The notes under the pieces were generated by a model. It did no database searches, was not told the DNA's origin, and saw nothing but the letters and a program-made list of their open reading frames with translations. Both the position numbers and the translations under genes were made by a program. Positions 1 through 11,569 of a DNA stretch of 64,000 nucleotides are shown piece by piece (the first letter of the stretch is position 1; every line of letters begins with the position of its first letter). Location: positions 7,688,001-7,752,000 of the forward strand of contig NC_058382.1 in assembly GCF_018350175.1 (NCBI RefSeq), written 5' to 3'. This stretch comes from Felis catus (lineage: Eukaryota).

Positions 1-199
1 GAACCTAAGGCAGACCCCAGACCCAGTTGGGAGGGAGGGCAGGAAGGGCACAGGTCAGCTGCCCTGAGTTCAAGTGAACACCTCTGGATCCCGTAACCCC
101 ACCCAAACCCCAGATCCAGTCTCCCCTTCGTCCTTTTGCAGCTGACCCCTTGCCTCTGAGCTGCTGCAGGCAACCCAGCCGGAGACTACATTTCCCAGC

Positions 200-535
200 A
201 TGCACTGCTAGGGATGGTCACTTTACTGAGTTATCTCACGGAAGGAATGACTGGGACAGCCTTAAAAGGAAGCTTGCTTCTAGCCTCCTCTCCCTTCTCT
301 ATGGCTAGAGCATGGATACAGTGGGGGTGAACCAACCCTGACCACGGGGTCAAGGACAACACCCCAGGGAACGCAGTGCTACAAGATGGAAGGAACCCAG
401 TCCCCTTGACAAGCTTCTGGGGCAGAAATGCCTACTTGAGGGCAGTTATGTGGAGAAATACGCTTGTATCTTGCCCGGGCCACCGTGCCTTGGGGTCTCT
501 GTTCCAGCAGCTTAGCCCGGACCTTAACAAATAGA
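200..535 (+). mobile_element. Old MaLR (MLT1-like) LTR fragment
   Basis: ACAAGATGGAAGGAACC...GAGAAATA...TCTCTGTTCCAGCAGCTTAGC pattern. Confidence 0.5.
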
Positions 536-549
536 GCACAGAAAAATCC

Positions 550-3500
550 TGAACTGACTGGGGATGTGTCGTTGGCAAATGTTCAGGATGGTATACAATG
601 GAATATGTCTCAGCATCAGACAGGAGGCAGCTACTTAGTGACACAATGGATGGATGAACCTCAAAAATATGCTGCACAGAAGCAGCCAGATGCATAGGGG
701 CGCCTGGGCGGCTCAGGTGGTTAAGTGTCCGACTACAGCTCAGGTCATGATCTCACTGCTCGTGAGTTCGAGCCCCACGTCGGGCTCTGTGCGGACAGCT
801 GGGAGCCTAGAGTCTGCTTCAGATTCTGTGTCTCCCTCTCTCTCTGCCCCTCCCCTGCTCGCACTCTCTCTCTCTCTCTCTCAAAAATAAACATTTAAAA
901 AAAAATTTTTTTTTTTTAAATAAAGAAGCCAGGCACACAAGTATGCATTGCAGGAATGGGGAGTGACTGCTAAGGGGTACGGGGTCTTCCTTTTGGGGGG
1001 GATGAAAATGTTCTGGAAGTAGACAGAGGTGGTAGATGTACGATATTGTGAACGTACTAAATGCCACTGAACTCTACGCTTTAAAATGGTTAATTTCACG
1101 TCAACTGAAAATGAGAGAGTATATATGGTGTGGTGCCATTTACACAAAGTTTTTTTTTTAACTTGTTTTTTAAAATGTTTATTTTTGAGAGGGAGAGTGT
1201 GTGTACAGGTGCACATGGGGGAGGGGCAGAGAGAAAGGGAGACAGAATCCCAAGCAGCCTCCACGCTGTCAGTGCAGAGCCCAATGTGGGACTTGAACCC
1301 ACAAACCGTGAGAGCATGACCTGAGCTGAAATCCAGAGTGGGATGCCTAACCGACTGAGCCACACAGGCACCCCTACACAGTTCTAGAATAGATTAATCG
1401 ATGGTGCTAGAAATTAGGCTAGTGGTTGCTTACCAGGAGGGAGAGGCTGACTGAGAAGGGGCATGAGGGAATTTTCTGGGCTGACAAAAATGTACCTTAC
1501 CCACAACTGTCCACTTGAGAACCTGTGCATTTCACTGTATGTAAATTCCACCTCCATTAAAACATAAAAGTTGGAAGGCCCCATTTCCCCACCTAGGGGT
1601 TTGTGCTATAGATATACTATCACATATGAGAAACTGCATTTACGAGGTTATTTCCGGCAGCACTGTTTGCAATGGCAAAAGACTGGAAACCACCTAAATG
1701 TCCTCCCCCGGGGGACTGTTTAAATAAATTCTATGAAGACTGTTCCATGGAATATTATGCAGCTGTATAAAGGAATGAGGAAGCTATCCATGCATTCATG
1801 TGGAGGGCTCTCAAAGACCCATTGTTAGAGAAACCAACGTGCAGAACGGTGTACTTAGATTGCTATCTTTTTGTATTAGGAAAAAAAAAAAATGTCTAAA
1901 AAAAGTTTGCCCTGATTCTTTGCATTAGGAAACAATCAAGCCAAAGTCAGGACTGGCCTGCAAAAATTACCAGTCTGGAATCTTCAAAAATGTCAATGGC
2001 ATGGAAGGGTGGGGGCTGGAAAGCCAGGGAACTTTTAAATTGAAGGAGAGACTGCACAGTCCTGGCAACTAAATGTAACATGACCCCAGATCAGATCTTA
2101 GATTAAAAAATAAAAAACAGAGGCACTTGGGTGGCTCAGTCAGTTGAACATCTGACTTCAGCTCAGGTCATGATCTCAGAGTCTGTGAGTTCGAGTGGAG
2201 TCTCACTGGTGTCAGAGTGGAGCCTGCTTCAGATCCTCTGTTCCGCTCTCTCTGCCCCTTTCCCACTCGTGCGCACATGCACGTGCTCGCTCTAATGAAT
2301 AAAAACACACTAAAAAAAATAAAAAATAGCAGGGCCACCTAGGTGGCTCAGTTGGTTAAACATCTGACTCTTTATCTCAGCTCAGGTCTTGATCTCAGGA
2401 TTGTGAGTTCAAGCCTCACACTGGGCTCTGTGCTAGGCATGAAGCCTACTTAAAATACATATATATATATATATCTCAAAAATAGCTATGCACGGGCGCC
2501 TGGGTGGCTCAGTCGGCAAAGTGTCCGACTTCAGCTCAGGTCATGGTCTAACAGTTCGTGAGTTAGAGCCCTGTGTCGGGCTCTGTGCTGACATTTCAGA
2601 GCCTGGCGCCTGCTTCGGATTCCAGGTCTCTCTCTCTCTGCACCTCCCCTGCTCACGCTGTCTCTCTCTCTCTCTCTCAAAAATAATAAAAAACATAAAA
2701 CAATTAATTAGAAAGAAAATAGCTACGCAGAATGTTACCAGGAAACTGGACAAACTGAATAAGGACTGTCTATGAGGTAACAGTATTGCCGCGGGTTAAA
2801 TGGTCTGATTATGATTAAACCGCAGTTCTGTAGGATGTCACTGTTCTGCTAGAGTTTTTGGAGGTCAGGTACCATGACGACCATAACTTACAAATAGTTC
2901 AGCCAAAAAAAGAAAACATGGGGCACCTGGGAGGCTCAGTCGGTTTAGCGTCCGACTTGATTTCGACTCAGGTCATGAGATTGAGCCCCTCATCAGGCTC
3001 CACAGTGAGCATCAAGCCTGCNNNNNNNNNNNNNNNNNNNNNNNNNNNNNNNNNNNNNNNNNNNNNNNNNNNNNNNNNNNNNNNNNNNNNNNNNNNNNNN
3101 NNNNNNNNNNNNNNNNNNNNNNNNNNNNNNNNNNNNNNNNNNNNNNNNNNNNNNNNNNNNNNNNNNNNNNNNNNNNNNNNNNNNNNNNNNNNNNNNNNNN
3201 NNNNNNNNNNNNNNNNNNNNNNNNNNNNNNNNNNNNNNNNNNNNNNNNNNNNNNNNNNNNNNNNNNNNNNNNNNNNNAAGTAAATGATGCAGCAGGTTAA
3301 CAGCTGGTGAGTCCAGGCAAAGGGTACACAGGGCTTTGTTGTATCTGTCATGCAACTTTTTTTTAATTTTCATGTTTATTTATTTTTGAGAAAGAGCATG
3401 GTGGGGGAAGGGGGAAAGAGAGAGAGAGGGAGACAGAATTGGAAGCAGGTTCCAGGCTCAGAGCTGTCAGCACAGAACCCGAGGGCGGGGCTCGAACCCA

Positions 3501-4830
3501 CAAGCAGCAAAATCATGACCCGAGCTGAAGTCGGACGTCCAACCGACTGAGTCCCCAAGGGCCCCTGTCACGCAACTTCTAGGCAGCCTTGCAATTTTTC
3601 AGAACAAAAGTTAGAGGGGTGCTTTTCAGGACAAAAGTTGGTGGAGCATGTGACTCTTGATCTCAAGGTTGTGAGTTCAAGCCCCATATTGGGTGTGGAG
3701 ATTACTTACCAAAAAAAAAAAAAAAAAAGTTGGGGGAAAATATGTAAAATTTAAAAATAACATTTTTACAAGGTGTGTGGGAGAATATGTAAAAGCATGT
3801 TTGTTTTTAATGCATAATTCTGGGAAGATAGGTAATAAACTGGTAACACTGGCTTCCCAGGAGGGGGGGGAGGGACAAGATGGGACAGCTTTATGCTTAT
3901 TTATTTATTTTACTTATTTACTTAATTTTTTAATGTTTATTTATTTTTCAGAGAGAGAGAGAGACAGAGTGTGAGTGGGGGAGGGGCAGGGAGAGAGAGG
4001 AGACACAGAATATGAAGCAGACTCTAAGCTCTGAGCTGTCAGCACAGAGCACATCATGTGGGGCTTGAACCCACGAATCGTGAGATCACGACCCGAGCCA
4101 AAGTCGGACAATTAACCAACTGAGTCACCCAGGAGCTCCAAGTTTTACTTATTTATTTTGAGAGAGAGCATGAGCAGGGGAGGGGCAGAGAGAGAGGGAG
4201 AGAGAGAGAATCCCAAGCAGGCTTCACACCTTCAGCGCGGAGCCCAACTCGGGGCTAAAACTCACAAACCACGAGATCGTGACCTGAGCAGAAATCAAGA
4301 GCCAGACGCTTAACTGACCAACCAACCCAGCCATTCCGGGACAGTTTTATTGAGATAGAATTCACACACCATGTGACCCACACATTTCAAGTGTATAGTT
4401 TGATGGCTTTTAGTATATTCATAGCTGTGTGACCATCACCACAGTCAACTTTAGAGCCTTTTCATCACCCCAAAATGAATCCCCACACCCCTTTGGCCAT
4501 CACCCCTCAACTCAGCCCACCCCCACCCCACTTTCCCAACTAACCAACTTTGTCTGTCTCTGGATTGCCTATTCTGGGCCTTTCCTATTCACGGACACTT
4601 CCAATATGTGTCCCTCAGTGTCTGGCTTCTTTCACTTAGGATAGTGTTTTCCGGGTTCACCGGGATGCAGAAGGTGTCAGCCCTTCATTCCCTCTTACGC
4701 CCAAATATTGCCTCACTGTGTGGCTGCGTCACGTTGTATTGATCCGTTCGTCGCTCAGTGCACATTGGCGGCGTCTGCACCTTTGGCCTATCGTGGATAG
4801 CGCTGCTGGGACCGGGCACACACACACTTT
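550..4830. mobile_element. Patchwork of old L1M 3' fragments interrupted by about 10 Can-SINEs (POLD1 intron 1)
   Basis: L1M motifs (GATGAAAATGTTCTGGAA, GCAAAAGACTGGAAACCACCTAAATGTCC, TTTTAGTATATTCA). SINEs at about 1160-1374(-), 2120-2325(+), 2331-2455(+), 2494-2700(+), 2920-3021(+), 3360-3565(-), 3920-4139(-), 4145-4335(-). Confidence 0.8.
697..905 (+). mobile_element. Can-SINE
   Basis: GGGGCGCCTGGGCGGCTCAG tRNA-like head, (CT)n, A tail. Confidence 0.92.
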
Positions 4831-6254
4831 GAACAGGGACGGAGGCCCTGTACGGCCTCTCCTTTTGTGCCTATGAGTGGCTTATCCCACAGGAAGGAAA
4901 AAGCCTGGAGGCCTTTGCTCCAGCCATACAGGTGGCCAGAGAGACGGAGTTCGGACCTGCAGGGGGAGGCCTGGGTGGGGCAGAGGGGCAGTGGCCAGCC
5001 CTGGCCTGGCAGAGGGAGGCGGGAGGGGGGCAGTCTGGCTCCCCAGGTCAGCGGGCTGTGGCCAGGAGGGTGCGGTGGGAGGGAAGGGGACTCCAGGAGC
5101 AAAATCGAGGTTCCTATGCTAGTTCCCCATCATAGGCAAGGAAGGATTAGAAGGAAAGAGGCCCCAGTGTGTCCTGGCACAGGACAGGAGCTGGGGAAAC
5201 ACGGGGCCCTCTCCTTTTCTCGACCCTTCACTGGCAAACAGACAACGCTGAGTGCCCGCTGGTTTCTGTGACACTCCCTCCTTCGGGGTTCTCGTCCCAT
5301 CTCTATCTGACGGCTTTCACTGCCACCTCTATGCCGATGATCACGTCTGCCCTTCCTGTCTCCAGCCCAGACCGCCCCCCAGGCCCCAGCCTGCCCAACC
5401 CAGCTGCTCACTGGGCCTGTGTCTCTTCAGGCATCTCACACTCCAAAGCCGGGCCCCTCGCCTTCCCCTGCCCCGACCTGCTCCTTGCATCCCACAGCCT
5501 CCCCCAGTTCGGGAAGAGGCAACTCCCACCAGGCCAACCACCTCGGAGTCACCCCAGCTTCTCCCTTCCCCTCAGAACACACCTGTCAGTCCCATAGGCT
5601 CTACTGCCACTGGACCGAGTCTCAGCACTTCCCAGCCCCCGCTGGGCCCCCAGCCTTGCCCCTCTGGTTCTCAGAGGTTGTTGGCAGCATTATTTTGTGC
5701 ACTGCTTTGTGTCTGTCTCCCCCTGCTGGAACCTGAGCCCAGCACCAGCAGGGATCTGGTCTGCCCTGTCACTGAAGCATTTGAGGGTGTCTACAACAGA
5801 GCCTGGCGCACAGCAGGTGCTGGAGAACGATGTGTTGAATGAATGAGGAGCCCTCAGTGTACTCTTCGCACAGTAACCAGAGAGATCCCCTACGAACATG
5901 CCAGGTCATCCCATCCCTCCTCCCCTCGGAACTAGCCCCTGGGTCCCATCTCATGCAGAGCTAAAGCAAAGTCCTCCGGCTAGCCCACAGACCCTGCGCA
6001 ATCACCCCTTCCCTTTTGGACACTATCTCCTGCCCTCTCCCCCTTGTGCACTTGGCTCCAGCCACTTGTCTCCTCTCTCTTCCCTGAACGTGCCAGGCTT
6101 GGTCCTACCTCAGGACCTTTGCACGAGCTGTTCCCACTGCCCTACTCTTCCCCGGATGTCCCCATGGCTTCCTCCTTCCCCTCCTTTAGGTTTTTGCTTA
6201 AATGTCACCTTCTCAGCGAGGCCTGTTTATTTTTTTTTAACTTTAATTTATTAA

Positions 6255-6308
6255 AAAAATTTTTTTAAGATTTATTTTGAGAGACAGAGACAGCATGTGA
6301 GCACAGGC

Positions 6309-6345
<37 letters not shown>

Positions 6346-6474
6346 ATCTCAAGGAGGCTCTGCGCTGCCAGTGCAGAGCACGACACGGGGCTCAAACTCA
6401 CAAAACTGTGTGATCAAGACCTGAGCCAAAATCCAGAGTCAGACGCTTAACCGACTAGGCCACTCAGGTGCCCC
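6255..6474 (-). mobile_element. Can-SINE
   Basis: Reverse-complement SINE head with (GA)n. Confidence 0.88.
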
Positions 6475-7326
6475 CTGACCCGTTTTTGGGGGGGCTCACA
6501 TTCTGAAGCAGTTCTGGGTTGGGTGCACCTGTACAGTAAGGGAAGTAGGACCAGCTGCCTGGGGTGCCCCGGGGGGCCGCCGACTCTCCTGGAAGAGCTG
6601 AACTGGAGCTGGGTCTCTGCAGACAGAGGAGTCAGGTGGCTGAGAAAAGCAGGGGGGCAGTCTCACCCAGCACACACTTCCCAAAGCCCGTGCCGGGCAA
6701 TGCTGAGGACGCAGAGGAGCAGCAGACCTCAAGGGGTTCCCGTCTGGCGGGGGAGGCAGACACAGGCCCAGATGGTCCCTGGCCTGCGACAAGGGTAGTG
6801 AGAGTCAGGGAGGCCCAGAGGAGGGACGAGGCCAAAGCACGAAAAGCAGGTCGTTTTCTGGGGAGGGGGCAGACGGAACAGGCACTTTTGCAATTATTTA
6901 ACCTTTCCCTCGCTAGGTGCGTGAGCCAGGGTACAGGGGCGAGCCAGCAGAGGAATCCATCCCCAGTCTGTCTCCTTCGCTGGGGAGAGAGTTCACCCCC
7001 GTACCTCGCCAGACACCCCTGGAGGCCGGCAGTCTGCGGTGCTGGCTCAGAAGGGGGCTCTGGGATGAGCCTCTGAACCCTCCAAGCTAGCTGTGCCACC
7101 CTGGGGAGACAGCTTCACCTCTCTGGGCCTTGGTTCTAGTCATTGCGTCGGAGGGTAACAGCACCTGCCTCAGGAGATTCTGTGAAGATTCTGTAAGTTC
7201 CTTCCATCTTCACCCTCTGTCCTAGGCACTCTTCAGGGCGCATGAGACAGAGCAGGAGACAAGACAGAACCCCTGCTCTCACAGAGTTTTCATTCGGCGT
7301 TGTGGGGACGGACAGTAAGATAAATC

Positions 7327-8060
7327 GGGGCGCCTGGGTGGCTCCGTCGGTTGAGCATCTGACTTCAGCTCAGGTCATGATCTCGTGGTTCACGAGTTCG
7401 AGCCCCACGCTGGGCTCTGTGCTGATGTGCCGACAGCTCCGAGCCTGGAGCCCGCTTCGGATTCTGTGTCTCCCTCTCTCTCTGCCCCTCCCCCACTCGC
7501 ACTCTGTCTTTCTCTCTCAAAAATAAATAAACATTAAAAAAAAATTTTTTTTTTAAACAGGCCTCACTGGGGGCCCAGCTGGCTCAGTCGGTGGAGCATG
7601 TGACTTTTTATCTCGGGGTTGTGAGTTTGAGCCCCCACATTGGGTTACCGAGATTACTTAAAAATAAAAATCTTGGGGCGCCTGGGTGGCGCAGTCGGTT
7701 AAGCGTCTGACTTCAGCCAGGTCACGATCTCGCACTCCGTGAGTTCGAGCCCCACGTCAGGCTCTGGGCTGATGGCTCAGAGACTGGAGCCTGTTTCCGA
7801 TTCTGTGTCTCCCTCTCTCTCTGCCCCTCCCCTGTTCATGCTCTGTCTCTCTCTGTCCCAAAAATAAATAAACGTTGAAAAAAAAATTAAAAAAAAAAAT
7901 AAATAAAAATCTTAAAATTAAAAAAAAAAAAAAGAAAAAGAAAAAAAAAGCCTCAGATCGTGATCTCGTGGTTGGTGAGTTTAAGCCCTGCGTTGGGCTC
8001 TGTACTGACAGCGCAGAGCTTGCTTGACGTTCTCTTTCCCTCTCTCAAAATAAATTTAAG
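7327..8060 (+). mobile_element. Tandem and nested Can-SINE cluster, including a young felid-type copy at 7675-7900
   Basis: Three heads; the young copy is flanked by an AAATAAAAATCTT duplication. Confidence 0.9.
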
Positions 8061-9565
8061 AACTTAAAACAAAAAACAAAAAACAGGGGTCAGGGTCTCA
8101 CTCAAGTTAGGGTCCCAGCATCACTCACGCGGTGTCCGGAACGCAGGTCACTTCAAGGTGCGGCAGTCTAGACTCCTCTCGAGTGCCACCGACCCAAGTA
8201 TTTCCCAAGTCCCTGGAGCTTCTCTCGCTTCCCAAAGACCAGTGCTGCCTCGTTTTGGCTCAGAGCACTCTGGATTGAGATCTCCTGTCCTCTCCCCAGC
8301 CAAACTGAATTACGACTGGCTTCCCAGTGCCCAGGAAAGTGCCTGTTCTTGAGAGCGGCTGAGTGAAAGGGACCGAAGAGAGAAGAAAAAGCATCGCAGG
8401 AGAAGGAACAGCGTGGCAAAGGCCTTCGGTGGGAAAGGAGCGTCTCTGCGGGACAGGAGGCCTGGGTGGTGAAGTGCAGCCAGGGCTGGGGGTAGACGGG
8501 TAACCTGGCCTGGGTGGGGCTATAAAGCTGAGAAGGTGACATCATCAACCTGCCTCTCTCTAAACCCTGCCCACTCACTGCCACCTCAGAGTGGCACCCC
8601 GAATCCGTTCTGCCTCCGCCTTCTCTCTCCATCCAGCCAAACCACATACCCCAGCCGCCTGAGTTCTTCCTTACACCCCCGCGTCCTGCTGGCTCAAACC
8701 CCGAAGACAACCTGAGGCTGACAGCACTGTGGTCTGAGCCAATGTCCCCACTTGTCTCCTAACTGGTCTTCCTCCTTGCATTCCTGCTCCCACTTCAATC
8801 CCATCTTCAATCAGCACCCAGGGACTTTTTCAAAACGCAGGGTGGGTCATGTTGCTCTGACGCTCAAAACCTCCCATGGCTCCCTGTGGAACCTGGAATA
8901 GGAGCCAAATTCCTTCCCACCTCAGGGCCTTTGCACCTGATGGTCCCCCTGTCCAAATCTTTCTTTGCATGGCTGACTGCTCTGTCAAATGTCACTTCCC
9001 CAGAGAGAGGATTTTTGATTATTCCAGCTAAAGAAACAGGCTACCCTGTTTTATTTCACTTCGGATAAGGTATCAAACCCTGAAAGCGTTGCTTTATCGT
9101 TATTACTTATCACTTGTCTACTGTCTGTCTTCTCCTGAGCCAACGACTTTCTCTGACTTGTTCGGGCTGTAGCCTCTGCTTCTAGAACAGTGCCTGGCAC
9201 GGAGTATTCAATATTTAGAGAATAAAGCATATCAGCATGCCACCACGTGCACCAATTCAGTCTTCCACTGCGTCCGGGATCCCGTCGCCCCAAAGATCCT
9301 CCAGGGTACATCTCCCAGCTCACCCCAGGGGCCAGGCGCCCAGCACAAGAGCCCCCCGCATCCCGAGGGGCCCCCCAGCCCCAATCATCTTCCTGCGCGC
9401 CCCCGCGCACGCGCCCAGAACCACTGGCCCTCGCCCCTCTACCGCGCGCCCTCCCGCCTCCACGCTCCCCTTCGCAACCCTTCTCTCAGGCCTACATGCC
9501 CGACTCCTCCACCTTCCTTCTCTGCCAAGTCGAGTCCCTTCAAGCCCCCTTCTCCCCTCACTCAC

Positions 9566-9620
9566 CCGCTTCAAACAGCGTTTCCCGCCACAGCCTACGT
9601 CGCTGTGACCCCTGACTCCG
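9566..9620 (-). other. POLD1: POLD1 non-coding exon 1 (5' end approximate); bases 1-9565 are POLD1 intron 1
   Basis: Minus strand reads GTAGGCTGTGGCGGGAAACGCTGTTTGAAGCGG|GTGAGT, matching the recalled human POLD1 5'UTR. Strong donor at 9565; CpG island; synteny downstream of NR1H2. Confidence 0.8.
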
Positions 9621-9960
9621 GCGCGCGCAGGCTCAGAGCCGCCGCGCGCCGCCCTGGGCCACGCCCCTCCCGCCCAAGTAGGGCGAGACCACGCCCCGAC
9701 AAGCCTTCGAGCCACGCCCCTCCTTTCAACTGGGACTAGGCCACGCCCCGTCCGTCCAATTTAGGATGTTGCCTCTTCCCACTTTCCATATATTCTCGCC
9801 AAACCCCGCCCCGCCTTGAGAGAGGGGCCTGCTCAAGCCACGCCCCCTCCGACGGCAGCTCAGCGGATTCCGGCTTTCGCTGCGCGCGGCGGCGCGGCGG
9901 CGCGGCCGGCCCCGGCTCCCCGCCCGCGGGGGCATCGCGCGTATCCTCGGCTCGCGGGCC
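9570..9960 (-). promoter_or_regulatory. POLD1: POLD1 CpG-island promoter with E2F site, CHR element and multiple GC boxes
   Basis: TTTCCCGC (E2F) at 9581-9588; TTCAAA/TTTGAA (CHR) at 9570-9575; repeated CCACGCCCC boxes at about 9659, 9689, 9712, 9741 and 9838. Confidence 0.75.
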
Positions 9961-11000
9961 TGCTTTCTGCGGAAGGCCAAGGCGAGAGGACAATTTGCGC
10001 ACGGCCCTTCTTTCCGCTGGCGGAAGACCTGACGTCTGCCCTCCCCGTGTAGGGGAGGTCCGGTCAGGTCTGTCTCATGCCTCGGTTTCCCTACCTGTAA
10101 ACTAGACTTAGCGCAGGGCGGGCACACGTGGGGGCGCCGGGCACACTGTTTGCAACAGGACTTCTCCTCCTAACTAGTCACTTCCCCACCTTACCCCCAG
10201 CTGCTCGAAAGAAAAACCACACCTTTCAGTACCCAGCCCATCCCTCCAAGCAACACCCCCTTCACTCTTGGCCAGGACTGTCCACCCAGCTCACTTCTGA
10301 GACCCCTTGGGAGCCTGGCCCAGGAGAAGGAGGGACTAAGAGATGTCCACAGCCCGTCCTTACTCTGAAATCACCAGACTCTCCCACCTCCCAGACCTGG
10401 CATGCGCCCTCCCCTCAATTTGGGGGCCCAGCCCCCTTGTCATGGTTTAGGTTCCCCCTTGGGACATGAGAGGACTTGCCTGCCTTCTACTTCTGGGCTC
10501 CCATGCTGCCACGCGCTGCCTGCATTAAAGCCCCTATTCCCTTCCATGCTAGCTGGCCCCATCCATCCCCCCTTTGCCAGCCCTGACTGGTAGCCACCTC
10601 CCAGGAGGAGCTTCATCTTGTTCTCTGGTGTTTCCAGTGCCTAAAATTGTGTTTGCCACATAGTAAGTGCCCCCCACACACGTTACGTGAATATCATCTG
10701 CATCCCCAGAACGGCCAGCACACTGCCCAGTGGCTTCAGGAAACATTTGGGGACTGAGAGCCTGACCCTTCATCCACTTAAGTGTTCTTTGTCCTTCGGC
10801 AGTCTCCAACTCACCTAGTACAGGAAGATGACCCCAAGGCTGTCAGCCTCTCCTGGACACCCCACTTCCTCCCCCACCCCCACACTCAGTCACATCACCC
10901 TGAACCCTCCACCAGCCTAGCAACACGAGGTTCAGGTGGCTGATCCCATCCCCCATACATCTTGAACTCACTCTGGCTCAGGGCAGGTTTCTATTCATAC

Positions 11001-11037
11001 TTTATTTTCCTGTTTTTGTCTTTTTTTAGTTTTTATT
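11001..11037 (-). terminator. NR1H2: NR1H2 poly(A) signals (two AATAAA)
   Basis: TTTATT on + at 11001-11006 and 11032-11037, about 390-420 nt past the stop. Confidence 0.75.
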
Positions 11038-11422
11038 AAATAAAAGGAACAGAGGGAGGGGGCCTGCGGTTTCTCAGGCTGTCAGGGAGAGCCACGGGCC
11101 CCCCACTCCCTCTGTTCAAGGTGCACTGCGCAGTGAGCTTGAGGTGTAAGCTGGGTGGGGAGGGCAGCCGGTAGTGCTAGGAGGGTCAGAGGCTGGGATC
11201 TAGGACCCACCCAGCCCTCCCAGGAAGACTCAGTGGGCAGGGAGGGAGCCTCCTGGACCCTAATGGGGGCTCACCCGAGGGCTGAGGGCTGGTGGCGCCA
11301 GGGCTTGTGCTATAAGCCACAAGATGGGACCCCAGGCCCGGCTCCTTCCCACTCCAGGAGGAGAGGCGACAACGTCCATGCGTTGGAGGGTACAGGGCCG
11401 TGGGGCAGGGCGGCCAGGCCCC

Positions 11423-11569
11423 TCACTCGTGGACATCCCAGATCTCAGACAGCAGAGGCGGCAGTTTCTTGTCTTGGAGCCGCAGGGCAAAGACCTGCTC
11501 TGAGTGCACAGAGCTCAGCGTGCGCAGGCTCACAAGCTTCATCAGCATCCGGGGGAAGCGCAGCTGGTC
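11423..11569 (-). CDS. NR1H2: NR1H2 last coding exon (AF-2)
   Basis: [51 protein letters not shown] at 11425-11423. Confidence 0.97.
   Translation of the reverse strand, partial: DQLRFPRMLMKLVSLRTLSSVHSEQVFALRLQDKKLPPLLSEIWDVHE

Noticed and set aside
697-780. tRNA-like A/B boxes at many SINE heads
   Set aside because: These are Can-SINE tRNA-derived heads, not tRNA genes.
2858-3373. ORFs spanning the first gap
   Set aside because: Artefacts of N runs and SINE sequence.
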